DNA from: an uncultured euryarchaeote
Lineage (GTDB): Archaea > Thermoplasmatota > Poseidoniia > Poseidoniales > Poseidoniaceae
Direction of reading: 5' to 3'
Assembly (NCBI GenBank): GCA_937915175.1
Contig: CALDNA010000066.1
Location: 2,994-66,993 of the forward strand
DNA: 64,000 bases
Below are positions 16,071 to 25,065 of the stretch, one piece after another. The notes under the pieces are model-generated. The model was not told where the DNA came from and searched no databases. It saw only the letters and a list, made by a program, of their open reading frames with translations. The first letter of the stretch is position 1, and every line of letters starts with the position of its first letter. Made by a program: the position numbers and the translations under genes.

Positions 16071-19000
16071 ATGCGGCGGGCTCTGGTGATGGTGATGCTG
16101 CTGTTTTTGCCAGCAGTGAGCGCCATTATCACACCAGGTTTTATCGAGGAACAAAGCCAAGATGTGCGCCCCAGTGAGATGGTTATTGAGCTCGACAATG
16201 GTGTTTGGACGCACCAACGCTGGGCTGAACTGGGTGCCGCAGGCGTCACGCCGCTTCGCGTTCTTTCCCCAACCCAACTTCTAGCGTGGGGTCTTGCTTC
16301 CGATGTGAGCGAGGGTTTCACGAACCACCCCGCGCCAGATGCGTCTTGGCGGGGAGGTTTGAACGGCATGGGGCCATTGACAGGCGAGAGCGTCAGGATC
16401 CTCATTGAGCCCCGGCTCCCTAGCGATGCATACCTCGATCTTCGTACCCACCTGTCGACGCTTGGCGTTGTGATCGGCGCTTCCTATGCGCCATCACCAC
16501 TCGCCCACGTGGAAGAAGTCGTTTGGCCCGATCAATTGAATCTTAATCACCTTCTCAGCATAGACGGCATTTTGTGGATTGAGCCGGTGCTGGAGACACA
16601 GGCAAGAAACATACAATCTGCCTCGTTAATGCAGCATGGATCGTTGACCAAGCACCCTGCTTGGCAATTGGGCATCAACGGGGCTGGCGTCGTGGTGGGT
16701 TTGGCTGACTCGGGCCTGGATGCCGACCACGCTTGCTTCCGCAACGCAACCGTTGCCGCAAGCGTTGGCAGCGAGGGCGAGAACGGAACGGATTTGGTTG
16801 GGACCCCAAGCCAAGATCATCGTAAAATCTTGATTTTGAACACCACAATTGATTCGGGAGACACTCAAGGTCATGCTGATTACAGGCACGGAACCCATGT
16901 TGCAGGCACGCTGTCATGCTTCAACGTCGACGATGAGCGCAACGGTCTCAAGCCATCGAATGGTTCAGCGCTCGCTCACGGCACCATGCTCGTGTTCCAA
17001 GACATTGTTTCCGAAGACGGTTGGGTGGCTCCGGATGTCGATGATCTGCTGGTTGAGGCAGGTTTGGGTGGTGCTGTGATCCATTCGAATTCATGGGGCG
17101 ACGACACCACTGCTTACACTGCAAGAACTTCTGACTTTGATGCATGGGCGCTGGCCATGCCTTGGTCGTTAGCCTTCATCGCCCCAGGCAACACGGGCTC
17201 GAGCCTGCTTGAGCCTGCGAACGGGCGAAACGTTGCTGCAATTGGAGCCTCAATGAAATCAGAAGATCTGCAACGCTGGTCCGCTTCTTCAATCGGGCCG
17301 ACAGAAGCAGAAACCAACGGAATCTTTGCTTTAGCAGTTGGCGCGTCGATTCAATCGGCAAAGGCTGACAATTTACCCCAGTCCTACAACAGCGCGTTGA
17401 GAACCTCGACCGGCACGAGCATGGCGACCCCGGGGGCGGCGGGCATTGCTGCTCTGATTCAGCAACTCGTAGAAGAGGGGTGGGTTTCCGGCCAAGAGCC
17501 TCGCATCAATGCTTCCATGGCCTCCCAAATCCCTGCATGGGACGAGGAAATCAATGCGAATTCCACTGTTTCTGTTGGCCAAGGGTTTACCCCCTCGGGC
17601 CCAATGCTACGGGCGTTGTTGGCCCTCTCAACCACTCAGCTCTCGCAAGCAGAACGCAATGGTGGCGATGGGGGCTATGATCTGCAGAACACCCATGACG
17701 GTTGGGGCCAGTTGAACCTCTCGGAGTTGATTGATTTTTCAGAAATCGCTGATGAGTTGGCACAAGGCCATGCTTCCCCAGCGGACAACATTTGGATTCA
17801 CGATGCCTATCGATTGGTGGATGAGACCCCCGATGAATGGCTGGCTGCACGACAAGGCGATGATGGCCCCCTTGAGAATTTGATGGCTGAGCCGTGGAAT
17901 GGGAGCGGCGCTGTTGGGCCGTTTCTGCAGACTGGGGAGACTTGGATTCAGCGATTCACGATCGAATCTGGAGCAGATTTGGATGCGCGCATGGCCCACC
18001 TCGCTTCACCGGAGCCAACGGCTGTCAATGATTTACAACTCGTCGCCCGACTTTCCGACGGGCGCATTGGCGTAAGTGGCGTTTCCAACAGCGACGGGAG
18101 TGCCACTTTGTTTTACAACAGCACTGACCTTGACAACACAACGGTGTTTACAGCGACCAATGAAACCACGCACGGGTTGCGCATTGATGCTGCATCTCTG
18201 GACGGGGTCGAGTGGGTTGAAATCGAAGTCCGGGCGCGGTTTGTAGCCCCAGGCAACATTGTTGGTGGCGTCGGTTTGGACGGCACTCGCACTGGGTTTG
18301 CTCTCGCTCTCAAAGGCGTAATTCGCGACGCTCAAGACTGGAGTGACGCCGATCGTGATGGGGTTGTAAACATCGAAGATGAATGTCCAAATCAAAACGC
18401 CGAAGGATGGGATGAAAACAACGATGGATGCTTAGATGATGACGATCAAGACGGCGTGACTAACAACCTCGATGAATGCCCGGACACCAACGCATCGCAG
18501 TACGACAGCGATTCAAACGGATGCATTGATGATACAGATGGCGATGGTGTTGATGATCTTCTGGATGTGTGTGTTACGGGCCAAATTGACGCACTTTGGC
18601 CAGTCAATAGCGTGGGATGTCGTCCGATTGATGTAAGTCCTGAAATTAGCGATGTTGTTGGCCCTCCGAACGCCTTTGAATGGGCTGGCGAACTCACCGT
18701 TCGCTGGTCTGCGATTGACGAAGATGGTGATGCCTTTGTCACCGGGGCCCAGGTGATGGTTCTCCCCTCTCAATCCAATTCAAGCGAATACAGCATAGCC
18801 ACTTGCGAACTCAACTCAACCTTGGGAGTGTTGTTTGAATGCACATGGAACGCCACATCGAGCCTTCCTCTGTGGAACATTGCAGAAAGTCAGCTTCGAA
18901 TAGACGTGTATGTTCAATCCTCGAACGCCTCACCTGAAGGGAATAACGATCGAATCCTAATACAAACAAGCAATCGATTTAGCGCCAAATACGATGACCC

Positions 19001-19229
19001 ACTTGAGGAAACTAAGCCACAACCTCCTGAAGATTCACAAGGCGCGGGTGCCCAAACAAGAGCGCTGTTCTGGGGCGTTATGGGTGTGGTGATGGTGGGG
19101 CTCATCCTCTACCGAATTGGAGCGCAGACCCTCCGCCCTGAAGAAGAGAAGACGATCCCACACCCCTCTGAATCAGATGATGGGGTGCGTTCATCCTCTC
19201 TCGTTGAAAACAAGGATTATCAGCGCTAA
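16071..19229 (+). CDS. Secreted subtilisin-family (S8) serine protease with TSP3-like calcium-binding repeats and C-terminal TM anchor
   Basis: Catalytic D/H/S blocks VVVGLADSGLDADH, HGTHVAGT and GTSMATPGAAGIAAL. Signal peptide MRRALVMVMLLFLPAVSA. C-terminal helix LFWGVMGVVMVGLILY. ORF 15975..19229 trimmed. Confidence 0.85.
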   Translation: MRRALVMVMLLFLPAVSAIITPGFIEEQSQDVRPSEMVIELDNGVWTHQRWAELGAAGVTPLRVLSPTQLLAWGLASDVSEGFTNHPAPDASWRGGLNGMGPLTGESVRILIEPRLPSDAYLDLRTHLSTLGVVIGASYAPSPLAHVEEVVWPDQLNLNHLLSIDGILWIEPVLETQARNIQSASLMQHGSLTKHPAWQLGINGAGVVVGLADSGLDADHACFRNATVAASVGSEGENGTDLVGTPSQDHRKILILNTTIDSGDTQGHADYRHGTHVAGTLSCFNVDDERNGLKPSNGSALAHGTMLVFQDIVSEDGWVAPDVDDLLVEAGLGGAVIHSNSWGDDTTAYTARTSDFDAWALAMPWSLAFIAPGNTGSSLLEPANGRNVAAIGASMKSEDLQRWSASSIGPTEAETNGIFALAVGASIQSAKADNLPQSYNSALRTSTGTSMATPGAAGIAALIQQLVEEGWVSGQEPRINASMASQIPAWDEEINANSTVSVGQGFTPSGPMLRALLALSTTQLSQAERNGGDGGYDLQNTHDGWGQLNLSELIDFSEIADELAQGHASPADNIWIHDAYRLVDETPDEWLAARQGDDGPLENLMAEPWNGSGAVGPFLQTGETWIQRFTIESGADLDARMAHLASPEPTAVNDLQLVARLSDGRIGVSGVSNSDGSATLFYNSTDLDNTTVFTATNETTHGLRIDAASLDGVEWVEIEVRARFVAPGNIVGGVGLDGTRTGFALALKGVIRDAQDWSDADRDGVVNIEDECPNQNAEGWDENNDGCLDDDDQDGVTNNLDECPDTNASQYDSDSNGCIDDTDGDGVDDLLDVCVTGQIDALWPVNSVGCRPIDVSPEISDVVGPPNAFEWAGELTVRWSAIDEDGDAFVTGAQVMVLPSQSNSSEYSIATCELNSTLGVLFECTWNATSSLPLWNIAESQLRIDVYVQSSNASPEGNNDRILIQTSNRFSAKYDDPLEETKPQPPEDSQGAGAQTRALFWGVMGVVMVGLILYRIGAQTLRPEEEKTIPHPSESDDGVRSSSLVENKDYQR
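18345..18580 (+). repeat. Three thrombospondin type 3-like D-x-D-x-D-G-x-x-D-x-x-D-x-C repeats inside the S8 protease
   Basis: DADRDGVVNIEDECPN, DDDQDGVTNNLDECPD and DTDGDGVDDLLDVC, interleaved with DENNDGCLD and DSDSNGCID. Confidence 0.65.
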
Positions 19230-19330
19230 GTGGCCCGAACGGGCTTGATGGGGCACCTGTATTGACAAGGTGAACCTTGAAGGGTGGTGGCACCCTCGCC
19301 AGCATGTCCGCAATGCGGACGGTGAATAAA

Positions 19331-20335
19331 ATGAGTGACCGCTTGTATGTTGGAATTGACCTAGGCACCTACCAATCGACTATCTCTTCGAGTGCTGGCG
19401 TAAGCCACACCATCGAAACCGTAGTTGGACGACCAAAAGACCCCGTCGCACGAAACTTCCTCGGCCGAGATGTGCTGTTTGGAAACGATGCGCTCAAGAA
19501 CAAACTCGCTTGCAACCTTTACCGGCCAATGGCCGCAGGTGTTGCTCAGGACGACGAAGCAAATTTGGCAGCTGCCAAGGCGTTCGTTTCCCACCTCCTT
19601 GAAACCGTTGACCCTGAAGAATTCGACGAAGTGTTCGGCGTCATCTGCTCGCCAAGCCACGTTTCATTCACGGACAAGAGCAACCTCGTTGCAACCCTCC
19701 GTGGCCAAGTGAACGCCATCATGGTCGTCACTGAACCCTTTGCAACCGCATACGGCATCGGTGAAATCGCAAGTTCAATTGTCGTCGACATCGGCGCAGG
19801 TACGACCGACATCGCACGCATCTACGGGACCTTCCCAACTGATGAAGACCAAGTCACCATCCAAGAGGCTGGCGACTGGCTCGACAACGAACTCATGAGC
19901 CTGATCCGCAAGAAGTTCACAGGCGCTCAAGTCACAAAGGACATGGTTCGCAAGTGGAAGGAAGAGGTTTCCTACGTTGGCGGCGAAGTTCGCGAAGCAA
20001 CTGTGGAGTTGTCCGTTGAAGGAAAGAAGCAAGTTGTCGACATCGGCGACTTGGTGGTTCAAGCCTGCGAAATGATTGTTCCAAAGATCGGAAACGCAAT
20101 CAAGCGAATCGTGGCTGGCGCTGACCCAGAATACCAACCTGTTCTCCGCAACAACATCATCCTCTCTGGTGGAGGCTCTCTTATCGACGGTATTGCAGCA
20201 CGCATGACCGATGAAATCTCCGATATTGGCGACGTTACCGTTTGGTGCGTTGAAGACCCAATTAACGCAGTGGCAAACGGTGCTTTGCAACTCGCTGGCG
20301 AAATGCCAGACGATATGTACACCGCCATCAACTGA
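19331..20335 (+). CDS. Actin-superfamily ATPase, MamK-like (MreB/MamK clade)
   Basis: Phosphate-1 YVGIDLGTYQS, VVGRPKDPVARNFLGRDVLFGNDAL, VVTEPFATAYG, phosphate-2 IVVDIGAGTTDIARI, EDQVTIQEAG, ADPEYQ, adenosine motif IILSGGGSLIDGIA and VEDPINAVANGAL. GGTGA lies 6 nt upstream of the ATG at 19331. Confidence 0.8.
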   Translation: MSDRLYVGIDLGTYQSTISSSAGVSHTIETVVGRPKDPVARNFLGRDVLFGNDALKNKLACNLYRPMAAGVAQDDEANLAAAKAFVSHLLETVDPEEFDEVFGVICSPSHVSFTDKSNLVATLRGQVNAIMVVTEPFATAYGIGEIASSIVVDIGAGTTDIARIYGTFPTDEDQVTIQEAGDWLDNELMSLIRKKFTGAQVTKDMVRKWKEEVSYVGGEVREATVELSVEGKKQVVDIGDLVVQACEMIVPKIGNAIKRIVAGADPEYQPVLRNNIILSGGGSLIDGIAARMTDEISDIGDVTVWCVEDPINAVANGALQLAGEMPDDMYTAIN

Positions 20336-20428
20336 GCACGGTCATCCTGAAAGGGTGCAGAACCACCCGTGGCGGCGCTGTTCTGACTGGCAAAGTTCAA
20401 GTGCAGTTGAGCGTGGATAGTCACCTGT

Positions 20429-21694
20429 ATGACAATCGACTCGTCTGGAACAAGCGGTATTCGCCGACTCGATGACACCAGTGGTGACGAACGAGCAGCC
20501 CTTGAGGGGATGCTGAAAGGATACCCTGTTGAACAACTCGTAGAAGAGGTACTCATCGCTTGGCAAGAGCTCGCTGCTCGCAATGAAGAGATGGTTTCCG
20601 TAAAGCAACGGTTGCGCGTTCTCGAATTGGATTTGGCGGAACGAGAAGACATGGTCGCACCCGAAGTCGCCCGCCTCAATCAAGCCGAAGCAAGTCTACA
20701 AGAAAGCGAAGCAAAAATCATCCACATTGAACGTCTATTGAGCGATGCTCGAGAAGAACTGGCAAGCCAGCAATCTTCAATTTCCCAAGAGGAACGAGAT
20801 GCGATGTCGGCAGAAAACTCACAGTTGCGAGATCTCTCCATTCAACAAGACGATGTTATCGCTGAACTGGAAGGCCGCATCGTCCAGATGGTCGACGCTT
20901 TAGAGCGGGCTGCAGAAGCCGGACTCACCTCGGTCACAGCGGAAGAAGTTCGCAGCCTCAAATCACAGCTCGATGCCGCCCTTATGCAGAACGAAGCCGA
21001 GCAAGCAGGAAACAAAGCGCTCGAAGAAGAACGTCAACGCCTCCGGGACATCGCAGATCGCCTCCGCGGGTTACTGGATGCCCGGGACGGTCGACTTGGT
21101 GAGCTTGAAGAACAACTTGAGCGGGTCATGCAAGGCCCTCGTTCCGTTTCCGCAGAACACGACTACCTCGTTGAACAAATTGAAGAATTGAAGCGACGTT
21201 TGCTCGAGCGAAACAGAGAGTATGAGTCACTACGACGCCGTGAACGACGCCTTCACAACGATGTGTTTGAGCGCGACGAGCGCGTGCAACAGATCACCCT
21301 CACCCTTACCGATATGGAGGCGGCATTGCAAGACCGCACCGCTGAACTGCGAGAACTGGAAGGTCAACGTGAATCCATGACCCATGAATTGGATTCCGTA
21401 CGCCGTGGAGAACGGACCCGAGAAGTCGTTGGACGGGTGTTTGCAGATTCGCTGTCGCTCGTTAGAACGCATGACGCTCGTGAGGCAAAACGAGAAGCAT
21501 ACAGCAACGAGCCCGACAAAACTCGAACCCTTTCAACACCCGACCCAAGCGACATGGCAGATCTTGCCGAAGGCGGTCGCGTCGAACTTTCCGTCAGTGA
21601 ACAAGAAATCACACCCGGCATGGACGTCGATGGTGTGCGCCCCCCATCTCCAGGTGGAACCGGCGACCCTGTGCTCTTTGAAGACGAGGACTGA
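20429..21694 (+). CDS. Acidic coiled-coil protein (421 aa), function unknown
   Basis: Roughly 300 aa of E/R/L/Q-rich heptad-like sequence (LRVLELDLAEREDM..., LEEERQRLRDIADRLRGLLD..., IEELKRRLLERNREYESLRRRERRL). Ends in a disordered acidic C-terminus (VLFEDED). Confidence 0.6.
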   Translation: MTIDSSGTSGIRRLDDTSGDERAALEGMLKGYPVEQLVEEVLIAWQELAARNEEMVSVKQRLRVLELDLAEREDMVAPEVARLNQAEASLQESEAKIIHIERLLSDAREELASQQSSISQEERDAMSAENSQLRDLSIQQDDVIAELEGRIVQMVDALERAAEAGLTSVTAEEVRSLKSQLDAALMQNEAEQAGNKALEEERQRLRDIADRLRGLLDARDGRLGELEEQLERVMQGPRSVSAEHDYLVEQIEELKRRLLERNREYESLRRRERRLHNDVFERDERVQQITLTLTDMEAALQDRTAELRELEGQRESMTHELDSVRRGERTREVVGRVFADSLSLVRTHDAREAKREAYSNEPDKTRTLSTPDPSDMADLAEGGRVELSVSEQEITPGMDVDGVRPPSPGGTGDPVLFEDED

Positions 21695-21703
21695 GGTGAC
21701 GCG

Positions 21704-22297
21704 TTGGAGCCAATCGGCGGCCTCGTTGCAATTTCACTGGGCCTCGGGCTTGCAGCTGCAAGTGGCTTTCGCGTGTTCCTCCCCCCTATGCTCCTAAGTG
21801 GAGCGATTAACATCGGAATGGTCAGCCCTGCTGGGCAATTGGCACTGCTTGATGGATGGGGGGCGTTTGGAGTCCTCTTTGTTGCTGTGATCTTAGAAAT
21901 CGGCTCTTACCTCATCCCTTGGTTGGACAACCTGCTGGATGTTGTTGCCACACCTGCTGCTATGTTGGCGGGCATTGGCATGATGGGTTCGGTTTTAGGC
22001 GCTGAAATGGAATTGGACCCGATTGTTCAATGGAGTATTGCTGCAGTTGGTGGTGGAGGTGTTGCCGGAACTGTTCAAGCAGGAACGGTTGCGACTCGCG
22101 CTGTTTCAACTGGAACGACAGGGGGTCTTGCGAATCCAATCGTTTCAGTGTTCGAAGCGATCATGGCGGTGATTGTTACGCTGCTTGCGCTATTGGCACC
22201 GCTGCTTGGCTTAGTGCTCGTCATCGTCGGGATGGCGTACGCTGGGAAGATGATAGCCAAGCGAAAGAGTAAAACTTCGATTCCCGGTTCAGTTTAG
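21704..22297 (+). CDS. DUF4126-like integral membrane protein
   Basis: GLGLAAASGFRVFLPPMLLSG, IPWLDNLLDVVATPAAMLAG and a Gly-rich loop (GGGGVAGTVQAGTV). About five helices. TTG start 10 nt after the upstream stop. Confidence 0.5.
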   Translation: MEPIGGLVAISLGLGLAAASGFRVFLPPMLLSGAINIGMVSPAGQLALLDGWGAFGVLFVAVILEIGSYLIPWLDNLLDVVATPAAMLAGIGMMGSVLGAEMELDPIVQWSIAAVGGGGVAGTVQAGTVATRAVSTGTTGGLANPIVSVFEAIMAVIVTLLALLAPLLGLVLVIVGMAYAGKMIAKRKSKTSIPGSV

Positions 22298-23173
22298 AGC
22301 GTTGACGACACCTGAGATTCGTGTTCGGAGTTCTTCCAAATCTGCGGCGTCTTCAGTGAGGGTTCCGGTGACGATCCAATCGGCGCCTGCTTGGGCTGCG
22401 CGCCGCGCTTGTTCTGGAGTACGAATGCCCCCTCCGACAACAAGGGTGAGCCCTTCGACGGTCCGGGCGCTTTCGATGAGTTTTGGATTGACTTGAGTCG
22501 AAGCTCCGCTGCCTGCTTCAAGGTAAAGCAACTTGAATCCGTACATTTGGGCGGTAAGGGCGTATGCGTGGACAAGATCATGATCTTCGGGTTGGATCAA
22601 TTCTGCAGCACCGACTTCACCGACGCGCCCGCCTGGTGCACAAACTACGTAGCCGGTAGGAAGGGCTTCGACGCCGAATTTCTTGAGGTATGGGGCACCA
22701 CGGATTTGCTCTCCAACGAGGAAGCGGCGCTCGGTTGAATTCATCAGCATCATGAATGTGATTGCGTCGGCTGCCGGAGAGAGTGCATGAGCACCACCTG
22801 GGAACAGCACAACTGGGATGTGCCACATCGTTTCATCGGCCTCGGGATCTTGGCTCGCTGCGAACGTTCTCAACTCAAACGCTTCCTGAATAGCAACGCA
22901 CGTAGCGTGAACAATCTCGTCTGGGGTGTCGGTTGAACCGCCAACAAAAATCATCGAGGAGCCTGCTTCAATTGCCACCATGGCCCGATTGGCCGCTGTG
23001 TTTGGGTCTTGCTTGGCCGGATCGATTAGGGTGACGTGGCGGGTTTGCCCGTTGCCGTTCGCCGTGTATTCGAGGGTGGTTTGTTCATTGCGACGCATGG
23101 GGTTCCCGCTTCTCGGTTTTGCCGCCACAGCATAGGCGTTGCGCAACATCGCCCCGCCGTGGGTTGAATCCAC
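22289..23173 (-). CDS. Geranylgeranylglyceryl phosphate synthase (PcrB/GGGPS family)
   Basis: HVTLIDPAKQ, MIFVGGSTD and LTLVVGGGIRTPEQARRAAQAGADWIVTGT. The true start may be the internal Met at 23098 (MRRNEQ). Confidence 0.8.
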   Translation of the reverse strand: MDSTHGGAMLRNAYAVAAKPRSGNPMRRNEQTTLEYTANGNGQTRHVTLIDPAKQDPNTAANRAMVAIEAGSSMIFVGGSTDTPDEIVHATCVAIQEAFELRTFAASQDPEADETMWHIPVVLFPGGAHALSPAADAITFMMLMNSTERRFLVGEQIRGAPYLKKFGVEALPTGYVVCAPGGRVGEVGAAELIQPEDHDLVHAYALTAQMYGFKLLYLEAGSGASTQVNPKLIESARTVEGLTLVVGGGIRTPEQARRAAQAGADWIVTGTLTEDAADLEELRTRISGVVNALN

Positions 23174-23206
23174 AGACTACTCAAACCCCGCCGTTGTCGC
23201 AGGCTC

Positions 23207-24979
23207 ATGGGTGAAGTGGGACCGTTTCGACGATTGCTCGGGCACATGGGGAATCATCGCGCCACAATTCGACTGGCTTCATTTTGTTCAGTGACCAACA
23301 AAATTTGGGACTTAGCCCCCCCCTTACTGATTGGCTTGGCCGTTGACGTGGTCGTTGAAAGAGAGGATTCGTTTCTTGCGTCCATGGGCATTCTTGATCC
23401 TTGGAACCAGTTAATCCTGCTTTCAGTTCTCACTTTTGCTATCTGGGGCTTGGAATCGCTTTTCGAATACTTTTACGGAATTCTATGGCGAAACCTCGCA
23501 CAGACTGTACAGCATGAACTGAGGATTGACACCTTCGCCCATGTTCAGCGACAAGGCATGGGCTGGTTCGATGAACGACAAAAAGGAGATATTCTCGCTA
23601 TTCTCAACGATGACATCAATCAGCTCGAACGTTTCTTGGATAAAGGAGCGAACGATTTGTTGCAAGTTTCAACAACCGTCGTGGTTGTTGGCGCCGTTTT
23701 CATTGCGATATCCTGGCAGGTCGCATTGTTTGCCGTCCTCCCTATTCCGCTGATTGTTTGGGGCTCATTCCGGTATCAACGAAGCCTAGAACCGCGCTAT
23801 GCCGAAGTGAGAAGGGCCGCAGGCGCAATGAACGCTCTCTTAGAAAACGATCTTTCTGGTATGTCAACCATCCAATCCTTCACCGCAGAAGATCGAGAAA
23901 TCAAGCGGGTAGAAGATCTGAGCAATGTGTACCGCGAATCAAACCGACAAGCGATTCGGCTGTCTGCTGCGTTTACTCCGCTCATCCGAATGGCCATTCT
24001 CACGGGGTTCACCGCAACACTGCTGCTCGGTGGATGGATGACGTTGGAAAACGAATTGGCCGTTGGGGCTTATTCTGTGCTGGTGTTCATGACGCAACGT
24101 TTGCTCTGGCCCTTAACACGACTTGGGGAAACATTCGACCTTTACCAGCGCGCAATGGCTTCTTCGACGCGCGTTCTTGACGTTCTCACCTCCCCCACTG
24201 AAGTGAAGGAAGGAAGCCATTTACCCGAACGGCCCGATGTTCAATCCTCTTCGATTGTGTTCAAAGATGTTGATTTTTCTTACCCTGGGCGAGACCCGGT
24301 GTTTCATCAATTGAACTTGGAGCTTCGATCCGGAGAGACCGTCGGTGTTGTAGGTTCCACGGGAGCGGGAAAGACCACGCTTATCCGGTTGCTTCTGCGG
24401 TTTGCTGAACCGACCAACGGCACGATTGAGTGGGCCGGCAAGCCCCTTCATCAATGGAACCTCAAGCGGTTGCGCTCGTCAATGGCGCTCGTCGCTCAGC
24501 ACATCACTTTGTTTCCAACAACAATTCTTGAAAACATCCGTTACGGCAACCCGCAGGCTGATGATGGCGCTGTTATGGAAGCGGCTCGCCTAGCAGAAGT
24601 TGCAGACTTTGTTGAAGCGCTGCCCGCTTCGTGGGCCACCCTTGTTGGTGAAGGAGGGCACCGCCTATCTGGTGGGCAAAGGCAACGGCTTGCAATCGCT
24701 CGAGCCGTTTTGAAGGACGCCCCTTTGCTCATCCTCGACGAAGCAACCTCTGCTGTGGATAATGAGACTGAAGCGGCCCTTCAGCGTTCGATCAACAAAA
24801 TTTCCAAAAATCGAACCGCGGTCATTATCGCACATCGGCTTTCGACGGTCCGTAATGCAGATCGAATTCTCGTGCTTGAACAAGGAGAAATTGCTGAAGA
24901 TGGCCCGCATGAGGCTTTAGTTGAACTTGGCGGCATCTACGCTCGAATGTGGGCCGTCCAAACCGGAGCGCGAACTTAG
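23207..24979 (+). CDS. ABC exporter, fused permease/ATPase (MsbA/multidrug type)
   Basis: Six-helix TMD followed by Walker A VGVVGSTGAGKTTLIRLL, signature LSGGQRQRLAIARAVL and Walker B LILDEATSAVD. Confidence 0.88.
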   Translation: MGEVGPFRRLLGHMGNHRATIRLASFCSVTNKIWDLAPPLLIGLAVDVVVEREDSFLASMGILDPWNQLILLSVLTFAIWGLESLFEYFYGILWRNLAQTVQHELRIDTFAHVQRQGMGWFDERQKGDILAILNDDINQLERFLDKGANDLLQVSTTVVVVGAVFIAISWQVALFAVLPIPLIVWGSFRYQRSLEPRYAEVRRAAGAMNALLENDLSGMSTIQSFTAEDREIKRVEDLSNVYRESNRQAIRLSAAFTPLIRMAILTGFTATLLLGGWMTLENELAVGAYSVLVFMTQRLLWPLTRLGETFDLYQRAMASSTRVLDVLTSPTEVKEGSHLPERPDVQSSSIVFKDVDFSYPGRDPVFHQLNLELRSGETVGVVGSTGAGKTTLIRLLLRFAEPTNGTIEWAGKPLHQWNLKRLRSSMALVAQHITLFPTTILENIRYGNPQADDGAVMEAARLAEVADFVEALPASWATLVGEGGHRLSGGQRQRLAIARAVLKDAPLLILDEATSAVDNETEAALQRSINKISKNRTAVIIAHRLSTVRNADRILVLEQGEIAEDGPHEALVELGGIYARMWAVQTGART

Positions 24980-25037
24980 CCCGGCGTTGACCAAACTGGC
25001 TGATAATTCTATTTTGGTGACTGGATTATTACACTCC

Positions 25038-25045
25038 TTTATATG
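25038..25045 (+). promoter_or_regulatory. Candidate TATA box (TTTATATG) for the rhodopsin gene
   Basis: Centred about 25 nt upstream of the ATG at 25066, which would give a leaderless or near-leaderless mRNA. Confidence 0.45.
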
Positions 25046-25065
25046 CACGTTTGCATGCCCCGCGA

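Noticed and set aside
19277-22297. Reading the MamK-like gene as part of a magnetosome gene island.
   Set aside because: The window has no other magnetosome genes: no MamA/B/M/E/I/L/O/P/Q-type genes, CDF iron transporters or HtrA/PDZ proteases. The neighbours are a subtilase and GGGP synthase. Only the actin homolog and an acidic partner are analogous.
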